Shown in pieces: positions 58,233-64,000 of a stretch of DNA of 64,000 bases; the first letter of the stretch is position 1; the number at the start of each line of letters is the position of its first letter. The notes under the pieces are model-generated. The model made no database searches, was not told the DNA's origin, and worked only from the letters and a program-made list of their open reading frames with translations. Origin of the DNA: an uncultured Candidatus Saccharibacteria bacterium (GTDB lineage Bacteria; Patescibacteriota; WWE3; CAZQFB01); the NCBI GenBank assembly GCA_964592525.1, contig CAZQFB010000001.1, positions 279,299 to 343,298 on the forward strand, written 5' to 3'. Made by a program: the position numbers and the translations under genes.

Positions 58233-58831
58233 CAGAGCATCTCAAGCGATTGGTACATCCTCTCGTATATTTGGAGAGCTTCTGCTTCTTTCTCTTCTGG
58301 ATAGGTTACAAAGATAGTGTAAATCTTAGCGCCCGCTGCAGCGGTGTCTCTGATGATGGCTTGTCTTTGGTTCCTTTGCACAAAATCAATTTCCAGACCA
58401 GTATAATCACCTACCGTGAGCTCACCCAACACCGCAAACTCGCTTGGGTTGGCCAGATAGTAATCTTGCTGTTCTTGCAGGGACATGAAATTAACGTCAC
58501 TGTTTCTAAACACAGTGACGACAATGCTTTGAGGGTTGGTGGTATCAGAAGTATCGGCAAAAGTGACGGTTTGTAATTCTTCGCTAAACCAACCTTCCGG
58601 ATACTTAAGACTAAAACCCCAAGTCTCACTAGTATAGGTAAGCCACCGTTGTTCAGGTGGGTTTATTTTATCGGTTAAATCCACTAGCGTGGCTGGATGG
58701 GGTGCTTTATGAGGCGATATTTTTGGCCACCACACAAACACCAAAACCGCCAGCAAGATGATAACCAGCAAAAATATTAGTGGTTTATGGGTAGCACCTT
58801 TGCCTTCTTGGTGGTTGGTATTATTTTTCAT
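58232..58831 (-). CDS. Membrane-anchored PsbP-like protein
   Basis: WLTY...GFSLKYPEGW...MYQSL pattern. Confidence 0.62.
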   Translation of the reverse strand: MKNNTNHQEGKGATHKPLIFLLVIILLAVLVFVWWPKISPHKAPHPATLVDLTDKINPPEQRWLTYTSETWGFSLKYPEGWFSEELQTVTFADTSDTTNPQSIVVTVFRNSDVNFMSLQEQQDYYLANPSEFAVLGELTVGDYTGLEIDFVQRNQRQAIIRDTAAAGAKIYTIFVTYPEEKEAEALQIYERMYQSLEML

Positions 58832-59201
58832 TAACCTACGCCCTCCTTTAATATAAAGTATATCAAATTAGGGGGTATTGCCAACGGAACCTATGACCTT
58901 TTTATCCAAGCAGGTTTTAGTCCGATAAACTGCTTAATATTTATGTGTAATTAGGTATGGGTCTCTTGGTATATTTATTCAACCTACTCAACTTTGGAGG
59001 TTATATGACCAGCATCACAGCGCCTTTACAACCTCCAAGGGTAGTTAAGATTTTGGGTTTGAAAGCATGTGGCTTTGAGCTATACTTATTATGTACCTGG
59101 TGTTGTGGGGTGGGTATAACTTTGGGTTGCCCTCTTCCCCAGGTAATACCCACCCCACCATTTTTACTTTAGCTATAACTAAGCGTTATAATTGAGTTGT
59201 T

Positions 59202-59597
59202 ATGATTAACTTCAAAAGAGAGAAAAACCCAAGTCTCCCCCAAATCGGTTTCTTGCAAGCTGGTGGGCTTTTGGCTTATTGCTTTCTGGTGGCAATGATA
59301 ATGTGGCGAGGTGATGAGTTATTTGGCAAAGCCGATACTTACATGACTCCAGTAATGGTGCTGACTCTTTTTGTGGTAAGTGCCCTGATTTGCGCTCTAA
59401 TTTCACTTGGGTATCCATCATACCTAGCCCTTGAGAAAAAGAGACTTAAGGATGCTCTCACTGTTATTTACCACACGGCTTTGTGGTTGGTGTTTGCTCT
59501 AATATTACTCATGGGGTATTTATTGGTTATTAAGCAAGATCATTCTTCTCCCGCTTCTAACCAAGCACAAGAGCAAAATACTGATCTTCAGCCGTAA
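59202..59597 (+). CDS. Hypothetical membrane protein (3 TM)
   Basis: 131-aa hydrophobic ORF. Confidence 0.6.
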   Translation: MINFKREKNPSLPQIGFLQAGGLLAYCFLVAMIMWRGDELFGKADTYMTPVMVLTLFVVSALICALISLGYPSYLALEKKRLKDALTVIYHTALWLVFALILLMGYLLVIKQDHSSPASNQAQEQNTDLQP

Positions 59598-59911
59598 AAA
59601 AGTCTATTTGTGTACGCCTTTCTTTGTTTAGATTCTGGCTTGAGAAGCTATCTTCGGCTTGTTCAGACCGATTATTCAATCCATATTCAACTCTAGGGGT
59701 TATATAGCCAGTAACAACGAATCTTAATAACCTCCAAGGTTAGTAACCTATCTTCCGTATTAAAATGAAGTTAGAACCCACCACTTGTGAAATCTTTAAA
59801 CCCCTTGTCTGGAATACACCCATAACCACTTCTCAATATCTATGTAACCGCCACACTGAACTGAAATGCAGTTTAATCTGTATTAATATTAAGTATCAAT
59901 AAAGCATTAAG

Positions 59912-62900
59912 ATGAGAATTGAAAAAGTAACTATAATTTTACGTTTAGTTGTTATTCCAATAATAGGATGTCTGTCTCTACTACTTGATCCAACGCCGTC
60001 ATTAGCGCAGAGTGACTATTTTGATGCCTGGAATCAGCTGGAGCTGCTAAATCAGGAACAATATCTTGAGGACCAGCTGATTATTACTCTTAGTTCAGCT
60101 TCTTCCCCTGAAGCCTTGGGGCTCCTGCACCAAGAAATAAATTCTGAAGTATTGGGTGTGAATATCCCGCTAGGGTTGCAAATAGTAAAAATAAATAATC
60201 TCACACTTAAGGAAGCTATTGAACATTATTCACAGTCCGAACATGTAGTCAACATTGAGCTTGACCAAGTGACACACCTTTCTGGTACCGTAGATGATAC
60301 TTATTTTATTTCCGATGATCAATGGGCTCTTGAGGATATTCATGCTCCAGAGGCATGGGATATAAGTACCGGTTTGGGTGTTACGATTGCGATCTTGGAT
60401 TCTGGAGCAGATTCTGACCACGAGGATTTGGTAGGCAATTTAGTTAGCGGTTACAACTTTGTGGATAATAATACTAACACAGATGATGTTGTTTGTGGTC
60501 ATGGAACAATGGTTTCAGGAATAGCGGCTGCGGTTGGTAATAATGCAACGGGATTAGCCGGGGTGGCCTATCATGCCTCCATCATGCCAGTGAAGATTCT
60601 GGATAATTCCTGCAATGGTTCTGTAAGCAATATAGTATCAGGCATTACTTACGCTGTTGATAACGGCGCCGATTTAATTAATTTAAGTGTTGGAGTGTAC
60701 GGTGCCACCAGTTCACTTGAGTCCGCCGTGAATTACGCGGAAAATAATAATGTCCTTATTGTTACTTCAGCTAACAATAGCAGTGAACCCTATGAATCTA
60801 ACAATTGGTATCCAGCTTTATACCCTTCTACTTTGGTTGTGACATCACATGACCAATCAGATGAGGTGTACAGTACCTCAAATGTTGGTGGTAATGTTGT
60901 TTCGGCTCCAGGCGTTTCTATAAGAACGACCTACAACAATGGATCATATGGTTATTTTTCTCTCACTTCTGCTTCAGCGCCAATAGTGGTAGGCGTTGCC
61001 GCTTTAATTAAATCTGCCAATTCAAATCTAACCGGTAATCAACTATGCTGGCTCATTAAAAACGAAGCTACGGATATAGGGGACACTGGTCGCGATTTCA
61101 TTTTTGGATATGGGAAGGTTGATGCTGAAGCAGCAGTGGCTCAAGCCAACAACGATTCCTATAGCTACCCATCTTCGGGTTGTGAGGCTGAAGTTACCCC
61201 AACTTATGGTTGGGTTATTGAATATGGGGGGGAGAACATTGACAACGATCTTGAAGGAAACTTATATCTATCTTCTGATACTTCTTCTACCTTGGGATAT
61301 ACAAAATACTCTCCCAACGGGGACTTAATTTTTGAAAAAGATTTGGGTACGGGTGGTTCTAACCACGATATCTTTGTTGATGATACCGGTGTTACCTTAC
61401 TAACGGGTGAATATTCAGCTCAAGTTGATTTTAATGCTTCCGAAGAACAAGATACCAAAGAACCCAATAATGTTGATTTATTTATAACAAAGTACAAAGC
61501 TGATGGTTCATATGGTTGGACAAGAACAGCAGCTGGAGCAAGCTCGGCTCAAGCAAAGGGTTATGGAGTTACTGCCGATCAAAATGGAAATATCACCGCA
61601 GTAGGGGAGTTTAGGCAAACAGTAGATTTCGACGATTCTGCTGGAGTGGATGAACATTCTCACGGAAGTTCATGGAAATCAATATTTATTACTCATTATG
61701 ACTCAGACAGTAATTACCTTTGGACGAAGTCTTTAGTACCACAATCTTATGTATATAGTGCTGGTTTGGATGTGATTACAGATAGCAGTAACAACATAAT
61801 CGTGGTTGGTACTTTTGGAAGTACGGTTGATTTTGATCCTGGTGAGAGCGAGGTTATAAAAGATGGGGGATCTAAACTTGATGGATTTATTGTTTCTTTT
61901 CAAGAAGATGGTGTGTTTAGCTGGGCAAAATCATTCGGCAACAGCTCCGAATCGGTTTGGGTTAATGCGGTAACCGTAGACGAATCAAATAATGTTTATA
62001 CTACCGGATATTTTGGTGGGACTGTTGACTTTAATGACAGTGGTGGTGTGGATGAACACATTGCGGTTGGTGACAAAGATGTGTTTATTACAAAATACTC
62101 CTCATCAGGAGAATATGGTTGGACCAGGACTTTTGGAGGTAGTGGTGAGGATCTTGGTAATGACCTTGCGGTGAGTACTGATGGGAGAGTGTTGGTGGTG
62201 GGAACTTACGAAAACACTGTTGATTTTGATACATCAGCGGGAGAACACGAGTTTTCTTCTTATGGGGGATATTCAGATATTTTTATCAGCACCCACACCA
62301 CTGAGGGGGTGTATATTTCCACAGATACTTATGGTGGGGGTAGAGATGATACTGTGACGGGTATAGCTTTGGATACGAGCAACAATTATGTGATTGTTGG
62401 TGAATATCGGGGTGCGGTTGACTTTTCTAACGATGATACAAACTATTTTCTGTCAAGCGCTTGGGGCAGGTATACATCAAAGTATGCCATTGATCAAACC
62501 TCTCCCGGCTTATCAGTTACCGAAACTTCTCCTGGTACAGATACCACCCCGGTTTTAAGTGGTACTAGTAGTGAATCTTCGGGAATAACGTTTTTGGTGG
62601 AATACCAGATAGATAGCACTGAAGGTGCGTGGACAACTTGCACGGCTGTTGACGGGAGTTTTGAAGAATCTATTGAAGAATTCAGTTGTCAAGTAGAGAA
62701 CCCCTTGTCAGGTGGGGTGCACACAGCATATTTCAGAGCCACGGATGGTTCGGGCAACACTACGCCCTTAGGTAGTTACACGGAATCACTTTTTACCATT
62801 GATTTTGAAGGGCCAATAAAGTCTATCTTCACGTCCCATGATCAAGATGGTTACATTAACACTAGGGATGTCCTATTAAACATTTCCGCTACTGATGAAA

Positions 62901-63991
62901 TATCTAATGTTGCATACATGATGCTCAGCGAAAGCGAAGCTTTTGCTGATGCATCTTGGCAAACATACTCGTCAAGCACACAATTTTCTGTATCAGAGGG
63001 AGATGGTGTAAAAAGGATTTATATTAAATTTAAGGATGATCTAGATAATGAATCAAGCACCTCATATCAAGATGTCATTATAGATACTAAAGCTCCACAT
63101 AAGTTTAGTTTTCAAACTCAAGATAGAATGTTTAAAAGTGACTCTGGAAAACATGTTGTACGTGCAGTTCCAAATGGTGGTTACACTGTTGATAACGAAG
63201 TAGCTCTATCCTGGAAAAATGAAAGTGATGCAACTTCTGGTGTGGACAAATATGAAGTTTACTATCGTGAAATAGGAGACAGAAAATGGGAATTGGTTGA
63301 AGAGGTGGAAGGTACCGAAGATGTTGTGGTGTTAGAGGTCTCGGTAGGAGATTATGAGTGGTATGTAATTGCTCATGATATAGCTGGCAATACTAGAGAA
63401 ACTGATATTTACACATTTTACGTAATTGATTCTATGGGTGGTGCTGGAGCTAATATACACTTAGTTAATGGGGTATCACCGAGCAGTGGTTTTGTTTATC
63501 TTGGGGTTAGTGAGATCCTTGATGTTGAAGGAGTGGCTGATAAAAATAGTGAGGTTATTGTGGAGATATATAGTCCAGATGGAGCAGTTAAGTATCAAGA
63601 GATCATTTGTGCTACTGATATAGGTGGTGAGTTTGAGTGTAAAGATCAAGCACAAATACTTTCTAATTACTTATTAAGAATTTATTCCAAGAACAAAGCT
63701 AATGAGGAGTCAGCTAAAACTGAAATTAACTTAGTTATTGGTAATCAACCCCAGCTTGCCAGGTCAGATAACACAAAAACCAACATAATTGAAGGAGAGG
63801 ATGAACAATCTAAGGAACAGCCACTGTTGGAAGAAGATTCTAAGGAAGGCTCAAGCGGTTATGAGGTTGATCAGAATACGGCTGCAGACACTCGGCTGGG
63901 AGATGATAAAGCTGAGCTTGAAACATCAAACAAGCCTAAGGAACCCAACCTATTTAGGCGATTTATTAATTGGCTTAATCCTTTCAATTAG
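59912..63991 (+). CDS. Secreted S8 (subtilisin-like) peptidase with beta-propeller repeats and Ig/FN3-like domains
   Basis: Signal peptide; ILDSG (D), GHGT (H), LTSASAP (S), FGYGKVDA; repeated VDF...D.FITKY...Y.W units; acidic tail. Confidence 0.87.
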   Translation: MRIEKVTIILRLVVIPIIGCLSLLLDPTPSLAQSDYFDAWNQLELLNQEQYLEDQLIITLSSASSPEALGLLHQEINSEVLGVNIPLGLQIVKINNLTLKEAIEHYSQSEHVVNIELDQVTHLSGTVDDTYFISDDQWALEDIHAPEAWDISTGLGVTIAILDSGADSDHEDLVGNLVSGYNFVDNNTNTDDVVCGHGTMVSGIAAAVGNNATGLAGVAYHASIMPVKILDNSCNGSVSNIVSGITYAVDNGADLINLSVGVYGATSSLESAVNYAENNNVLIVTSANNSSEPYESNNWYPALYPSTLVVTSHDQSDEVYSTSNVGGNVVSAPGVSIRTTYNNGSYGYFSLTSASAPIVVGVAALIKSANSNLTGNQLCWLIKNEATDIGDTGRDFIFGYGKVDAEAAVAQANNDSYSYPSSGCEAEVTPTYGWVIEYGGENIDNDLEGNLYLSSDTSSTLGYTKYSPNGDLIFEKDLGTGGSNHDIFVDDTGVTLLTGEYSAQVDFNASEEQDTKEPNNVDLFITKYKADGSYGWTRTAAGASSAQAKGYGVTADQNGNITAVGEFRQTVDFDDSAGVDEHSHGSSWKSIFITHYDSDSNYLWTKSLVPQSYVYSAGLDVITDSSNNIIVVGTFGSTVDFDPGESEVIKDGGSKLDGFIVSFQEDGVFSWAKSFGNSSESVWVNAVTVDESNNVYTTGYFGGTVDFNDSGGVDEHIAVGDKDVFITKYSSSGEYGWTRTFGGSGEDLGNDLAVSTDGRVLVVGTYENTVDFDTSAGEHEFSSYGGYSDIFISTHTTEGVYISTDTYGGGRDDTVTGIALDTSNNYVIVGEYRGAVDFSNDDTNYFLSSAWGRYTSKYAIDQTSPGLSVTETSPGTDTTPVLSGTSSESSGITFLVEYQIDSTEGAWTTCTAVDGSFEESIEEFSCQVENPLSGGVHTAYFRATDGSGNTTPLGSYTESLFTIDFEGPIKSIFTSHDQDGYINTRDVLLNISATDEISNVAYMMLSESEAFADASWQTYSSSTQFSVSEGDGVKRIYIKFKDDLDNESSTSYQDVIIDTKAPHKFSFQTQDRMFKSDSGKHVVRAVPNGGYTVDNEVALSWKNESDATSGVDKYEVYYREIGDRKWELVEEVEGTEDVVVLEVSVGDYEWYVIAHDIAGNTRETDIYTFYVIDSMGGAGANIHLVNGVSPSSGFVYLGVSEILDVEGVADKNSEVIVEIYSPDGAVKYQEIICATDIGGEFECKDQAQILSNYLLRIYSKNKANEESAKTEINLVIGNQPQLARSDNTKTNIIEGEDEQSKEQPLLEEDSKEGSSGYEVDQNTAADTRLGDDKAELETSNKPKEPNLFRRFINWLNPFN

Positions 63992-64000
63992 TATCAAAAG

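Noticed and set aside
1-64000. CRISPR array, integrase/transposase, prophage or rRNA
   Set aside because: No regularly spaced repeats, recombinase motifs, phage structural genes or rRNA-like sequence were seen; any mobiliser of the hairpin elements must lie outside the window

Overview
64 kb of bacterial chromosome in the standard genetic code. The gene content (compact dcw cluster, IleRS2, PEBP, LemA/HtpX, DUF192, DUF5680, TMTC-like GT-C proteins, many small membrane-anchored surface proteins) suggests a Patescibacteria/CPR organism; this is inferred, not searched. Main blocks: (1) mraY-[LysW-like / PLP enzyme / ATP-grasp]-ftsW-murG-ftsQ-ftsA-ftsZ; (2) ileS-rodA-rplU-rpmA and lepB; (3) an uppS-flippase-GT2-GT4-ligase-GT-C glycosylation operon; (4) truB, TMTC-like, dedA, a Pro/Thr-rich surface protein and clpB; (5) lemA-htpX-gatC-gatA-asnS-methyltransferase-gatB-polA-split clpE/C-rplS-yraN; (6) accessory surface and redox genes. 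There are five intact tRNA genes. The most striking signal is non-coding. tRNA-Val(CAC) and tRNA-Gly(CCC) are each nested inside the anticodon loop (position 37/38) of an older, decayed tRNA of the same anticodon but different sequence, bounded by short CCTGCC...GCAGG-type hairpin ends. tRNA-Thr(CGT) shows the 5' half of the same arrangement, and tRNA-Lys has a hollowed-out copy upstream. Other leads: a ClpE-like AAA+ gene split exactly at an A_AAU_UUA_stop -1 slippery heptamer; a LysW-like/PLP/ATP-grasp trio inside the dcw cluster; a candidate anti-Shine-Dalgarno sRNA; and an IleRS with the GXHH motif. All calls come from reading motifs by eye; no database searches were run.
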